Assembly (NCBI GenBank): GCA_951406725.2
Contig: OX597817.1
Span: 49,724,001 to 49,788,000, forward strand
Length of the DNA: 64,000 bases
Source of the DNA: Octopus vulgaris
Lineage: Eukaryota
Direction of reading: 5' to 3'
In this document: piece by piece, positions 1 to 14,149 of the stretch
How the letters are laid out: the number at the start of each line of letters is the position of its first letter
Position numbering within the stretch: the first letter of the stretch is position 1
The notes under the pieces: generated by a model
The model's database searches: none
What the model was told of the DNA's origin: nothing
The model's input: the letters and a program-made list of their open reading frames with translations, nothing else
Program-made: the position numbers and the translations under genes

Positions 1-430
1 CCTTACTCAGGGACCTTTTGAACAGGATGTGTAACTCGACCAGAAGAAAATTCTAACTGGGCCCCACCTGCAAGATCATGTGCTGTTTATCTTGATATGA
101 GATCACCATGTTGTGTACATATACTTGTGATGCATGTGCCTGGTGTACTCTTATCAGGTGGGTAATTATGATGGGTATACTGGGCTTCGTAAATTTTACC
201 CCAGTATCACCTTGATAGCATGCACTGCTCTCTCATTCAATAAAAATTATAGTAATATTAATAATAATGGTTTCTGATTTTGACACAAAGTTAGATATTT
301 CGAAGAGAGAGATTTAGTTGATTATATTAAACCCAGCATTTGGGATCCATGACTAAAGGAGTACATTGTTGGGTGGCCGGTTCCTAATCACACAGCTGCA
401 CCTATATATATTTATATATATATATATAAA

Positions 431-561
431 TGACGGGCTTCTTTCAGTTTCCATCTACCAAATCCACTCTATGTAGTAGAACATACTTGCCCAAGGTGCC
501 ATGCAGTGGAACTGACCCCAGAACCATGTGGTTGAGAAGCAAGCTTCTTGCCACACAGCCA
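431..561 (-). mobile_element. SINE family B 5' part
   Basis: Reverse complement of the tggctgtgtgg...ccttgggcaagt head. Confidence 0.7.
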
Positions 562-932
562 CCACCACCCCATATAAATATATACACACACACACACACA
601 TATATATATATAATAATAATATTAGGGAGTATAGCTCCAAACTTACAGGGAAAAATTAGATTTAGTACTAAATCAAATTTCACAGTATAAATATATAAAA
701 TATATATATATTTATACTGTCAAAATAAGGGACATGGTCAACTGGTTAAGGTCAAACAACCAACAAGCAAATCTGTGGTATTGAGCAGAATATTTGCTGT
801 AGCCCATCTTTTATACCAAGACAAAACAATGTACATGATAACACTTCCAATCAGTTAAGATGAGAAGCCATGAAAGCCACTGCCTGGTACTGCATTGTTA
901 TTATTATTATTATAATTTATCTCTAATTCATA

Positions 933-966
<34 letters not shown>

Positions 967-1284
967 AACACACACACACACACACACACACACTCATCCC
1001 TTGTTTAAAATTATAAAAGAAATTGAACTGAATGCCAATATCAATATTTAAACTTTGGACTTGGGTCAGCAATCAACCATTTAGAAACCCACCATGTTTC
1101 TTTTTGTTTCTGTCAGAACATTTCCTAATGTTTTCTGTTTGTCTTCATGTTGAGTGGTGAGTGAATCTGAGTAAAATATTACACTCCTCTCTTACAGTAC
1201 CCTTTTTAATTGCTAACTAAAAATAAGCATTTGGAATTAAGAACTAAGCTTCTTGGTTATAGACAGAGCATAATAGTTACCTAC

Positions 1285-1407
1285 ACACATACATACATTC
1301 ATACACATGTGTGTGTGTGTATGTATGTGTGTGTATATGTGTGTGTGAGTATGTGTATATATATGTGTGTGTGTATATATATGTGTGTGTGTGTATATGT
1401 GTGTATA

Positions 1408-1438
<31 letters not shown>

Positions 1439-1578
1439 GTGTGTGTATATGTGTGTATATATGTATGTATGTATATATATATGTGTGTATATATGTATGT
1501 ATGTATATATATATATGTGTGTATATATGTATGTATGTATATATATGTGTATATATATATATACGTATGTATGTATGT

Positions 1579-1612
<34 letters not shown>

Positions 1613-1622
1613 GTATGTATGT

Positions 1623-1663
<41 letters not shown>

Positions 1664-2434
1664 TGTATGTATATATGTATGTATGTATATATATATATAT
1701 ATATGTATGTATATATATATGTATGTATATATGTATGTATGTATATATATATATATGTATGTATATATGTATGTATGTATATATATATATATGTATGTAT
1801 ATATGTATGTATATATATATATATGTATGTATATATGTATGTATATATGTATGTATATATGTATGTATATATGTATGTATATATGTATGTATATATGTAT
1901 GTATATATATATGTATGTATATATGTATGTATGTATATATATATATATGTATGTATATATGTATGTATGTATATATGTATGTATATATATATGTATGTAT
2001 GTATATATATATGTATGTATATAAGTATGTATGTATATATATATGTATGTATGTATATATGTATGTATATATGTATGTATATATATATATATGTATATAT
2101 GTATATTTGTATGTATGTATATATGTATGTATATATATATATATGTATATATGTATATTTGTATGTATGTATATATATATGTATATTTGTATGTATGTAT
2201 ATATATATATATGTATATTTGTATGTATATATATGTATATTTGTATGTATATATATGTATATTTGTATGTATATATGTGTATATTTGTATGTATGTATAT
2301 ATGTGTATATTTGTATGTATGTATATATGTGTATGTATATATGTATGTATATATGTATATATGTATGTATATATGTATATATGTATGTATATATGTATGT
2401 ATGTATATATGTATGTATGTATATATGTATGTAT

Positions 2435-2465
<31 letters not shown>

Positions 2466-2520
2466 TATATATGTATACATATATATATATATATGTGTGT
2501 GTGTATGTATGTGTATTATA
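1285..2520. repeat. compound (TG)/(TA)/(TATG) microsatellite
   Basis: About 1.2 kb of alternating purine-pyrimidine repeat. Confidence 0.97.
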
Positions 2521-2999
2521 TACATTCTTGGAAACTCACGTGCTTATGGATCAATAGCTACTCAGACATTTTCAGCCCTACTTCTATCCGTTTACTGCAC
2601 CTTATGTATTTATAAATAGCTAACACACTATCAAAAATAAACAAAGCCGGTCCTATCGGATGGGTTGGGTATGTTTTTGGCTATCATAACCAAAATGGAA
2701 ATAGATACAAGAAAATAGAACAAAAATAAATCAGTCATAGTAATTATCCCTTATGGGAGTTTACGTTGCATTTAAATAAATGTCAGTCTAAAAATTGGTC
2801 AGAATTATTTTGTTCCTCTCTGAATTTGTCATTTAACCCTACAAGAATCGTAGATTTTCTAATCAGTAATTTCTTTTAAAACTTGTCAATATTTTACTGT
2901 TGAATATTCTAGAAATGCTTGCTGGTGGTTATTGAATCAAGAATTTTAGCTTTGTTGGCCCAAAGTCAACTTTAATCTTTAAAAGGAAGTGTAATATAT

Positions 3000-3256
3000 T
3001 CTTTGCTACTCAAGGCACAAGGCTTGACATTGTTGGGGAGGGGACCAGTCAATTAGATCGACCCCAGTATGCAACTGGTACTTAATTTATTGATTAGATT
3101 GACCCCAGTATGCAACTGGTACATGATTTATCGACCCTGAAAGGATGAAAGGCGAAGTCAAACCTTGGTGGAATTTGAACTTAGAACGTAAAGACAGACG
3201 AAATACCCTTAAGCATTTCACCTGGCCTGCTTACGTTTCTGCCAGCTTGCCACCTT
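3000..3256 (-). mobile_element. tRNA-derived SINE family A
   Basis: Reverse complement of the ggcgagctggcaga...gagttcaaattcc...gtcgactttgcctttcatcc consensus. Confidence 0.8.
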
Positions 3257-3710
3257 AGAAAGTGTATATATTAAAAATGACATGTGGGAGTATGTGTGTA
3301 TGTGTATTAACTTTTTACCTTTTAATCGTTTCAATCATTGGAATGTGACCATACTGGAGCACTGCCCTGAGGTGTTTAGCCTAACAAATTGACTCCAGTG
3401 CTTTTTTTTTTTTTACATTTTTTTCTTTTTGTTTTGAATTCTGGTATTTATTCTCTTAGTCTCTTTTGCTGAAGTGCTAAGTTCTGAGGTTATAGACAGA
3501 CTTAGACCAGTTGGGTGGACACACATATTCAACACACTCAGCTGGCTTCAACACATTTTATGTCTACCAAATTCACTCACAAGGCATTAGCTGACCTGGT
3601 TCTGTAATAGAAGACACTCAAGGTGCCAGAGAGGGAAATAAATTATTTCATTTCCATTTAAATAGTTAAGCTCCCTTTGAAGTAAGCTTTTATACCTACA
3701 TAATTATCAT

Positions 3711-4162
3711 TTAATCCTTTCATTTCCATATGCTTTCATTTCTATTAATTTTGAGAATAATTAAGAATTTTGTAAAATAACTTTATTATTATTAATGATG
3801 ATGATAATTAGGTAGGTGTTGAGCCCTTTCGATACCAACCCAGCTGAAACCGCCTCTGGCTTTGTAGTACAAATGTCTTGTTTTCATAAGATTTGAATTA
3901 TAATCTTCCACCAAACCTTAGTCACAATTTATGTTTCTAACACCAGCTTAATGATAACCAAGTTATTTTACTAAATTCTTTGTTATATTTAAAATTAATT
4001 GAAAGAAACACAGAGCATCTCAAAATAAATACAGTAGAGAAAGGGTTAGAATATAAATTGACATGAAATTCTAAAAGATTTTGTTTTAGATCATTTTAAT
4101 ATTAGAAGTTTGTAATGTGGAACCAGGGGTGGTTGCAGGCAAATTGGTATCAAAAGGGTTAA
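3711..4162. mobile_element. piggyBac-type MITE containing an inverted copy of its own family (3824-4045)
   Basis: Outer element ttaatccttt...aaagggttaa and inner element ccctttc...gaaaggg both align to 16985-17207, in opposite orientations. Confidence 0.65.
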
Positions 4163-4521
4163 TGGATGAATTTACCATAGCGATGTCATAAAAAAGAACA
4201 ACATCCAGCATTACGACTATATATTGTAAGATGCTCAACTAATTAAATATAGATGTAGAAGTCTTTCAGTGAAGTCAATCATAGGATAATTAATACATCA
4301 TAAGCTACGTGATCTTAACATGGAGCTGGAAACCAACTTAGTACAGATATCAAACTGTTGGATAGGCTGTGATCTTGAGTAGTGTGTCTTAGGGAATTGC
4401 TTTGGTTCTGTTCCTGCTCATAATAGCTTTCACAAACATATCCTCAGTTGGCAAATAATCTGTATCCTAGAGTACTGTTACTCAATGTCTCTCATTGAGA
4501 AATTTACAAATAGTAATTTTC

Positions 4522-4566
<45 letters not shown>

Positions 4567-4737
4567 TTTCACACCTGCAAGGTGTTTATAAGCCATTTAA
4601 AAACACACAAAAACTGTTAGAATATCCCTAGCTGTGCTGATTGTACCAACCTACTAAAGGTAATCAAGAATCTTGTTTATAACAACTTACAGAAAGGTCA
4701 CAGTGCCACGTACAGTTTGAGCTGAAGAAAATAGTAT

Positions 4738-4950
4738 CATCATCATCAACTTCATCATTTGATACCTATTTTCCATGCTGGCATGGATTGGATGGTTTGA
4801 CAGGAGCTGGCAAGCCAGAGAGTTGTACCAGGCTCCAATTGTCTGTTTTGGCATGGTTTCTACAATGAGATGCCTGTCGTAATGCCAACCACTTTACAAA
4901 GTGTACTGGGTTATTTTTACATGGCACCAGTACTTGTGCTTTTTACATGG
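4738..4950 (-). mobile_element. retroposon family C
   Basis: Reverse complement of the ggaagggcatccagctgtagaaac...(GAT)n tail. Confidence 0.7.
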
Positions 4951-5210
4951 CAATCTTGTTTATGACAACTTACAGAAAGGCCTCAATGCAATTTACAGGT
5001 GAGCTGAGAATAACCTGTAATTAAATACAAAATGCTTTCAAGTAATTCATTGTTTTCACCATTAGCCCTCTAATTCATTGCAATCTGATCCTGAAATTTA
5101 GAACAGCAACCCCATCATTTCATATTCATATCAAAGAGATGGCTACAGTGTGCAGACAAATCATTTCTTCATATTGACAAGCTCACTGATTAACTGGAAA
5201 CATTCCATCA

Positions 5211-5595
5211 GGTGGCGAGCTGGCAGAATCATTAGCATGCTGGGCGAAATGCTCAGCGGTATTTCGTCTGCTGCTACGTTCTGAGTTCAGATTCCGCCGA
5301 GGCCGACTTTGCCTTTCATCTTTGCACTGGGGTCGATATAATCGACTTAATCTGTTTGTCTGTCCTTGTTTGTCCTCTCTGTGTTTAGCCCCTTGTGTGT
5401 AGTTAAAAAATAGGTATTTTGTCTGCTGTTACATTCTCAGTTCAAATTCCGCCAGGGTCGACTTTGCCTTTCATCCTTTCAGTGTCAATAAATTAAGTAC
5501 CAGTTACGCACTGGGGTCGATGTAATCGACTTAATCTCTTTGCTGTAGATTATCCTCTCTATGTTTAGCCCCTTGTGGGTAGTAAAGAAACAAGA
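5211..5595 (+). mobile_element. SINE family A, dimeric
   Basis: A/B-box head followed by a duplicated body unit. Confidence 0.82.
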
Positions 5596-6130
5596 ATTTA
5601 AAGAAACCCATCATGTGTGTATGTGTGTGTTTGGATGTACTCTTGTCAAAATGTCATGTGATGGTTAGAAATGAGCATCATCATCATCATCATCATACAA
5701 GCAAAGTTGTTCATTTCTAGTCTTCCATGAAAATCATAGGTAAAGGTAGGCAACAGCAAGGGCATCCAGCTGTAGAAGATCTACCTCAAAAACTCCATCT
5801 GACACATGCAAGCATGGAAAAGTGGACATTAAATGAGCATGATGATGATGATGATGATGGTGATGATGATATATGATCTATTATCTATATTCTGTGAAAC
5901 AATTTGCTTTAGTGAATATGGATGTCATTAATTTTGATTTGTATATTTAATGAAGTGAATTTTTTTAAGGCAATTTGCTTTTAGGAATTTATGTCGTTAT
6001 TGTATTATTGTTTTGGTGATATTACATTGCAATTAAGTTATAAAAGGTTTCATGTATGTAAAGAAACAAATTTCAGATGTGTAGGAGTTAAGGAAACAAT
6101 ATCATTTATGTGGGTATTTGAAATTACTGC

Positions 6131-6163
<33 letters not shown>

Positions 6164-6583
6164 GAACATTTTACACTCTCTTCTTGTTTCTATTTCTGTC
6201 ACTTTTTCTTTCTCTCTCTCTCTCTCTCTCTCTCTCCCCACCTTTTCTTTCTGTTGTGTGAACGGATCTATTTCTAGCATAAGGGTGTCCACATAGTGGT
6301 TTTCCTCTGATATGTATATAATACAATTTTACTGAACCTTCAGTTTTTTTATATGCTAGACCCCTGGTGTGAAATCGATGTTAATTAAATTAATATCTAA
6401 TTTCTCACCCTCATTTTAAATTCATATATATACAAAAATGCTATAATTATGAGTATAATTATAATTAGGGTTCAACAAAAATTTGCTTCACCACACACCG
6501 AAATTTAGAAATAGCAGTTAAAACTAACTAGTTCACTACCATCTCCCAGACAACACTACTCAACAACTCACGCAGGTAAAGAT

Positions 6584-6629
<46 letters not shown>

Positions 6630-6647
6630 GTATACACACACAACAGA

Positions 6648-6832
6648 GTCATTTGACTGGCCATGCTGGAGCACCACCTTTAGTCAAGCAAGTCAACTTA
6701 TTCTTTGTAAGCTTAGTACTTATTCTATTGGTGTCTTTTACTGAACCGCTAAGTTACATGGATGTAAACATGCCCGCATCGTCTGTCAAGTGATGGTGGG
6801 AGGACAAACAGACACACAAACATATTGACACT

Positions 6833-6889
<57 letters not shown>

Positions 6890-7045
6890 ACACGACAGGC
6901 TTCTTTCAGTTTCTGTCTACCAAATCCACTCCCAAGTCTTTGGTTGGCCTGAGGCTATAGTAGAAAATATTTACTCAAGGTGCCATGCAGTGAGACTGAA
7001 CCCAGAACCATGTGGTTGGTAAGCAACCTACTTACCACACAGCCA
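6648..7045 (-). mobile_element. SINE family B
   Basis: Reverse complement of 55406-55845, with an internal microsatellite. Confidence 0.8.
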
Positions 7046-8002
7046 TATATACATTCACACACACACACACACACACATTGTTTACATCATAAAAATTTGG
7101 AAACTGAGAGACCTGAAATAATTTGTTTTTAACAGTGGAGCTTGAACTAGATAAAGCTATAATCATATTGCATATAGAATATTGAATTACAAAATTCTTT
7201 GGATACATGTCCAAGGTGTCTTTTTTTATCACCCAATATTTAGACACTCTTATTTGTAGCATTATCTGCTTCAAGCTCCATCATTAAAAACGTGTGTGTG
7301 TTTGAGAGAGGAGATAAAGATAAATACACATACACAATCATCATCATTGTACATATCTATGTATGTTATTCAAGTCATGAAGATTTGAGTTCAGTTCCAC
7401 TGCATGACGCTGGACTGACCAACACCATGTGAATTGATTTAGCTGATGGAAACTGAAGGAAGCCTATTGTGTGTGTATTTGTGTTTGTGCCTCCTTGGTT
7501 TGGCATTAAATGATAGTTTTGACAAGTATCACTGTAATAAAAGTGGTACTAAGATTGGTTAAAGTACAAAGGTTGACATTTTGATAAATACAGGCACCCA
7601 TGATAATCATTTAACATCTGTTGTCCATGCTCCTATAGGTTGGACAGTTTGACAGGTGCTGGCAATTCAGGGGCTGCATTGGACTCCACTGTCTGCTTTG
7701 GCATGGCTTCTACAGCTGGATGCCCTTTCTAACACCAAGCATCACATAGATACAACAATGACGATAATGATGATGATAGTGATGATGGCTATGATTATGG
7801 AATGTGTAATGGTGGATAGAAGTTGAGTGACAAGTAGAGGTTCCTGGTTTGAATATTCAGGGTAGAAATGGTCAGGTATGCTCAAGATGTGATAGAGGTG
7901 ATGGTAATTATATTATTAAGAATGAAATCTTCATTCACACATATTGTATACAGTGTATTAAGTCAATGTATAATGAAGTGGTATTTATATATTTCATTTG
8001 GA

Positions 8003-8195
8003 AGGCAATGAGCTGGCAGAATCGTTAGCAGGCTGGGTGAAATGCTTATGTTCGGAGTTCAAATTCCACCGGGGTCGACTTTGCCTTTCATCCTTTTGGG
8101 GTCAATAAATTGAGTACCAGTTGCATACTGAGGTCGATCTAATTGACTGGCCCCCTCCCCAAAAATTTTGGGCCTTGAGCCTAGATTAGAAAAGA
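8003..8195 (+). mobile_element. SINE family A
   Basis: Matches the family consensus. Confidence 0.8.
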
Positions 8196-8772
8196 ATATA
8201 TATATGTTTCATTTGGTACATGACTAAGTGCGAATTTTATCATTTTTTATTTTAGATTTTTCACCTCATTTCTTATTTTTTTATTGTTAGTTTAGAGTAG
8301 CAGTTCTTTTGAAGGTCCATATAAGATTTTTGGGGTCCATGCAAGCAAAATACTAAATTGAAGACCCACAGTTGTATTTTAGGTTTCCATGAAAATAAAT
8401 TTGCTTTAGGTGTATCTGTTGCAAGTTCAAAGTACACAGGTTAATTAATGTGTGATAAATAAAATAGGAGTTTTGAAAGAAGTGTCTATAAAATTAGATT
8501 TCAAACATCAAATAACTGTGGGGAGGGGACACCAGAATAGATTAGTAATCAAAGGGGTCTATAGATAAAAGAATAGCTGAGAACCAGTCGTTTAGAGCCA
8601 TAAAGCTCCTTAGTTCATATTCAATATTTCTAGGTATTCAGGGTCTTATTTTCAAGAATTGAACAGATTTTGTGCCTGCTTTTTTTTTTTATATATAAAC
8701 AAAGGTTTTGAATTAAAAGGTATTTGAACACATCTGTGTATTTAATGAAACATATATAAAAATTAAGGTGTT

Positions 8773-8818
<46 letters not shown>

Positions 8819-8934
8819 CACTCTCTCACCTTAGCATTTTTCAGCCGGATAACTGAAGAGATGGCGGCGTGGATTTCCACCTCGGCATCCGAAAATCGGA
8901 GTTTTACCATGGCTACCGAATAATTGTCACATAT

Positions 8935-8978
<44 letters not shown>

Positions 8979-9034
8979 GATAGATAGATAGATAGATAGA
9001 CGTCTATACATATATATAGATATATATGAATATG

Positions 9035-9079
<45 letters not shown>

Positions 9080-9688
9080 TTATAAGAAATAATTAAAATT
9101 CAGTTGAATTAGGTACTTAAGTTGAGGCTCCAAGTCAGTCCAATATTATCCGCACAGCTTGAGGTAGGGTGAATACACTAATACTTTGACATCCTTGTTA
9201 CTTATTTGTTTTATATATATATATATGCATATATTTATGTGTGGGTGCATGTAATAGAAAAGAATTTAAAATTTAATTGTGAATTAAAATGGGTCAGTTT
9301 TGGGTTAGGAAATTTTATGCGCACAAAGCTTCTGTTGTTTACACACGGATCTTTCTTCGTAATGAAAACCAGTCATATATTTATCCAACATATTGTATAT
9401 GATTTCCATATATATATATTTATATATAAGCAGGATGTGTTCTTATTTTTATCACACACACACCTACAGTCACAGAGCAAGCTTAAATGTTTGCTTTATG
9501 TAAACATCCATGTAAGTTTACTTCATGTTTCTACTTGTCTTATCACTGTTTAAGCCTCCAATTAATTATTTTTATTGTTGAGGTTTGCACTGTTATGCAA
9601 ATTACAATTATGAATTTCTACTAGTTCCTATGTCCCCAAGAACAGTTACATAGAAAATAATAGTAGTGTGTGTGTGCACATATATATA

Positions 9689-9736
<48 letters not shown>

Positions 9737-9905
9737 GTGACAAGCAAAATCTGTAAAAAGACTTTCTTCCTGATAACTTAGTAGCTTCTAAGTGGAAGGA
9801 AGGGCAACAGTGTTCTTTGTCTATCTCTTTAACTTCTTGGAGATTTTAGGCAAAATTATACTAATGAGTCCATCTGTTGTAATTTAATTAAATTCTGTGT
9901 CTTTG

Positions 9906-9991
9906 TGCAGCTGATGATTGCTCTGCATTTAAATTAATGTAGTGATTGCATTGTTCAATTAAATGGAGTTGCATGAAACGATCATACTACA
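9906..9991 (+). ncRNA. hammerhead ribozyme-like motif, same family as 20172, weakened stems
   Basis: tgcag-CTGATGA-ttgc...gcat-GAAA-cgatca-TA-ctaca. The core is intact, with mismatches in stems I and III. Confidence 0.6.
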
Positions 9992-10020
9992 TTACCTCAG
10001 GATATACTTGTTGCTTATTT

Positions 10021-10059
<39 letters not shown>

Positions 10060-10262
10060 ATATTGCCAGTATGGAAGGTGGATGTTAAACAATGATGCTG
10101 ATAATATATAGATGCTCTTTATTTACTAGTTTTTTCCAGATATTTTTTATGGTCAATTTTGAACACCAGTTATTATATTGCTCAAGCATAAAATGATGTC
10201 AAAATTATTTTTCCCTTGAAAACCAAAGCATTTAGTGTTCTCCCTTAAAGATAATATTCTCT

Positions 10263-10339
<77 letters not shown>

Positions 10340-10844
10340 AATAAGTTTGAGAAAATATCATTACATTGGCTTCTGTTTCAGTTTTTTATTGCAACAGTAT
10401 ATTGAACTTATTGACTTGGAAATATTTATTCTTTGCCTTTGTTTTAATTTGCTGTAAGGTTTCTTCTTAACCTTTGAAGACAATCAAAACTCACATCTTT
10501 TAGACACTGACAGAACTTCTCAAAGAGTATCATCAACAATAGATACAATCAGTGCTCTAACCTATTTTGTGTCTTCTGTGTGCCTTCATGTGCAAGGTTG
10601 TTATGGATGTGGTGGTATTCCATTGTTACAAATGCATGTGCTACCCTACCTGTTGCAAAAATAAAAAGAACAGTCATCTATTTGTTTAATTTTATAGTTT
10701 GAAGATTTTTGAATCTTGAATTACACTAGAAGAGTCTTGACTTGCACTAGATTTGGATTATATTGAGGAATGGTTGTGCTGGGTTAGCATCACTACTCTC
10801 TTGTCTCTGACTTCCTAGTCATGATCACAATAATCAAACCAGAT

Positions 10845-11225
10845 TGGCGGCAAGCTGGCAGAAATGTTAGCACACCAGGAGAAATATTTAGTGGTATTTT
10901 GTCTGCCTGTACATTCTGAGTTCAAATTCCACCAAGGTCGACTTTGCTTTTCATCCTTTTGGGGTCGATAAATTAAGTACCAGGGATGCACTTGATCCAT
11001 TTGTTTGTACTTGTTTGTCCCATCTGTGTTTAGCCCCTTGTGGGTAGTAAAGAAATAGGTATTTTGTCTGCCTCTATGTTCTGAGTTCAAATTCTGCTGA
11101 GGTCGACTTTGCCTTTCATCCATTCGGGGCCGATAAATTAAGTATCAGTTGCGTACTTGGGTCGATCCAATCGACTGGCCCCTTCCTCCAAAATTTCAGG
11201 CTTTGTGCCTATAGTAGAAAAGGAT
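10845..11225 (+). mobile_element. SINE family A, dimeric
   Basis: Matches the family consensus, with two body units. Confidence 0.8.
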
Positions 11226-11339
11226 AATCAAGCTAGATACATATGTAAACTGATATCACCTTGGATAAACTACTCACTTGTGACGAAAAAAAATGTCTTA
11301 CATCCTCGGCTGGACATGTAGAAGTGATTTAATGTAAAG

Positions 11340-11850
11340 ATTACTTGCCTACCACATGGTTCCAGGTGCAGTCCCACTGCATGGAACCTTAGGGAAGTGT
11401 ATTTTCCTATAGACCTGAGCTGACCAAAGCTTTGTGAGTAGATTTTTTTTTATTGCCCACAAGGGGCTAAAACATAGAGGGGATCAACAAGGACAGACAA
11501 AGGGATTAAGTCGATTACATCGACCCCAGTGCATATCTGGTACTTAATTTATCAACCCCGAAAGGATGACAGGCTAAGTCGACCTTTGTGAGTAGATTTA
11601 TTAGACAGAAACTAAAAGAAGCCTGTCGTGTGTGTGTGTAAGTATGCATGTGTATGTGTGTTTGTATCACTTTGTGTTGACATTATATGATTATTGTAAA
11701 TGAATGTCAATCAGTCCAATACTCTACAAAAACATGTCCGGCCAAAATGTTACCTTGCTGACACCCAGCAATAGAAAATCTGTCTCCATAAATTCCATCT
11801 GATCCATGCAAGCATGGAAAAGTGAATGTTGAATCAATGATGATGACATT
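11340..11850 (+). mobile_element. SINE family B-like copy interrupted by an inverted family-A fragment (11445-11585)
   Basis: ctttgtgagtagattt is duplicated either side of the insert. Confidence 0.7.
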
Positions 11851-11938
11851 CTGTTCTTCTTTGATGAATTTTGTATATTTCTTGTTTTCTCTCTGTTCTG
11901 TATATTTTGCTATGTTTAATTACTCTTGCACGCTTTTC

Positions 11939-12013
<75 letters not shown>

Positions 12014-12298
12014 TCAATGGGTTTAAAGTCTGAAGAAATGCTGTAATGTTAAATGCTTTATGGACACCTAGGGTAACCCCATAAAGCTGCCATACCTATC
12101 TTGATATACTCTCCTGCTCTATAATTTAGAAGTGCTTCTTTTTCAGATTTATAACTTACTGATGATTATATATGTATATATAGATTAAATAATCATAGTG
12201 ATATTGTTAATCCTACTATAATCCATTTGTAAACAGTTTAAATGTTTATCCATTTCATAGCATCTCATGAATTCCTTCATTTTAAAACTATTTTCCAG

Positions 12299-12559
12299 GT
12301 CAAGACTCAACTTGAACATCCTACAAAATACCATATCCAGCAGAAGCAAAACCAGCAGATTCAGCTGTTCTTACATGAAAAGCAAGTATCTGGATCCACA
12401 AGTGTTCCAGGAAATACACAGTCCATGCCCAATATGGTGGCACTTCAGGGTACCAATATTACCGATCAGAGTGACGTACTCCACACAGCCAGTGCTCCTT
12501 TGACTAATCCAGACAGTCCTTTACCTTTACCAGCAGTAGCAAATCCTGCTCCCACAGAT
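12299..12559 (+). CDS. MITF: MiT/TFE bHLH-ZIP factor, first visible coding exon (N-terminal conserved region)
   Basis: ttttccAG acceptor and GTGAGT donor, 261 nt, phase 0. Translates [25 protein letters not shown]...ASAPLTNPDSP, matching vertebrate MITF [25 protein letters not shown]...SSAPNSP. Confidence 0.93.
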
Positions 12560-12614
12560 GTGAGTTTTTGTTCATTTATTTTAATGTTTATGTTCTATGA
12601 ATGCTAAATATATT

Positions 12615-12845
12615 TTAACCCTGTGGTATTTAAATCGGCCAGATCTGGCCTAAATAGTTTACCTGTTCTTTTTCGCTCAGACTAACCAGATCTGGCCTCT
12701 TAAACTGGCCTTAAGGAGTCATTCTAAAAATAAACAATCACATCATTGAAATCTCAAAGCCATAAGATAATGCATAATTAATTTAAAATCATGTGAAGAA
12801 ATAAATATTGCATTTGATAAAGTAATCTGAATGCTAAAGGATTAA
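12615..12845. mobile_element. piggyBac-type MITE, family 1
   Basis: TTAAccct...taaaggaTTAA, about 230 bp, similar to 16684-16912. Confidence 0.7.
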
Positions 12846-12894
12846 AACAAGTTATAAGAAAGCATTTATTGACATTAGTATGCATATATATATA

Positions 12895-13350
12895 TAGGTG
12901 CTAGTGGAGCTCTAAGAGTACCATCCAAGCATGATCATTGCCAGAGCAACAAACTGGCTTCCATGTCGGTGGCACATAAAAAGCACCGTTTGAGCATGAT
13001 CGTTACCTGCATCGCCTTACTGGCACTTGTGCTGGAGGCACATGAAAAAACATTCGAGCGAGTTCATTGCCAGTGCCGCTGGTCTGACTCCTGTGCAGGT
13101 GGCACATAAAAAGCACCATCTGAGTGTGGCTGTTGCCAGTAACGCCTAACTCACCCTCGTGCCGGTGGCATGTAAAAGTACCCACTACACTCTTGGAGTG
13201 GTTGGCATTAGGAAGGGCATCTAGCTGTAGAAACTCCACCAGATCAGACTGGAGTCTGGTGCAGCCTCCTGGCTTCCCAGACCCTGGTCGAACCATCCAA
13301 CCCATGCTAGCATGGAAAACGGACGTTAAACAATGATGATGATGATGATG
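12895..13350 (+). mobile_element. retroposon family C, longest copy
   Basis: Internal repeats ggtggcacataaaaagcacc, then aacccatgctagcatggaaaacggacgttaaac(GAT)n. Confidence 0.8.
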
Positions 13351-14149
13351 TGTGCTAGTTGGAAAACTTGTTTGTACACAAATGCCCAGCAGTTCTAAAG
13401 AAAGATTACTGGTAGATATTATATCCTGTAGTTTTGCGCTCTCAAAGTAGCAGAATGAAAAATTCCTTACTGCATTTTATGTCATATAAGATAGATGTTT
13501 TGTCAAAAAAAATTTTTTAAATTCACCCTAGGCCCTATATGCAAAGTTAAGTTTTAAGACGCTAAAATTTCTTTTCCTGAATATGCACTGTTGAATTTGG
13601 GGTATGCCTAATATTCCATTGTGTTTTTTCTGCCATCAGATATGGCAATTTTAAAAAGAAGGGTCAGTGGCCGGAAGAGCATTCAGCCGTAAAAATATTG
13701 CCTCGAATAAATGTCTTTCCAACCCATGCCAGCATAGAAAAACAGAGACCAAACGAATGAAACATATTCTTGTACTTTGAAAAGGAAAACTTTTACACAT
13801 ACAACAAATGTGTGTATGTGTGTATGCATTGCTTCTCCAGAAGTCATATTTTTCGCCGAAGGCCAAGATTAAGATTAGGGGTTAAGCTTCCAAAACTTCT
13901 GCACTGACATCTTGAGTATGTTAATCCCATTTCAGCTGCGGAATTTAATTTTCTTTTAAGAAGTACTGTAATTAGCTATTCATATTGTTGTTGTGCATGA
14001 GCAGGGTTTTTATTTATTTATTCATTTATTTGTTTTGTCCTTCGCTGTTTCTGATTGGTCCATTTGAATATGTCTGTTAATTGGGGGGAGCGGGGCATTT
14101 CTTTTTATGTAGGAGTCCGAGACGACTGTTGAGTCGTTATTGTTGTCTC

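Noticed and set aside
1210-2619. Long ORFs of 200-470 aa (also at 14022-14598, 29694-30165 and 50735-53396)
   Set aside because: Stop-free translations of (TA)/(TG)/(ATT) microsatellites with no protein-like composition.
5211-5300. tRNA genes at SINE heads
   Set aside because: A/B boxes are present but run into SINE bodies in many diverged copies, and no complete cloverleaf is evident.
8298-8590. Possible hAT-like MITE (shares sequence with about 32040-32075)
   Set aside because: TIRs are too degenerate and no TSD is identifiable.
1-12298. Search for the upstream MiT/TFE exon (SRxxLRQQLMREQ-like Rag-binding motif) and start codon
   Set aside because: I found no such Gln-rich exon with splice sites. 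It probably lies upstream of the window.
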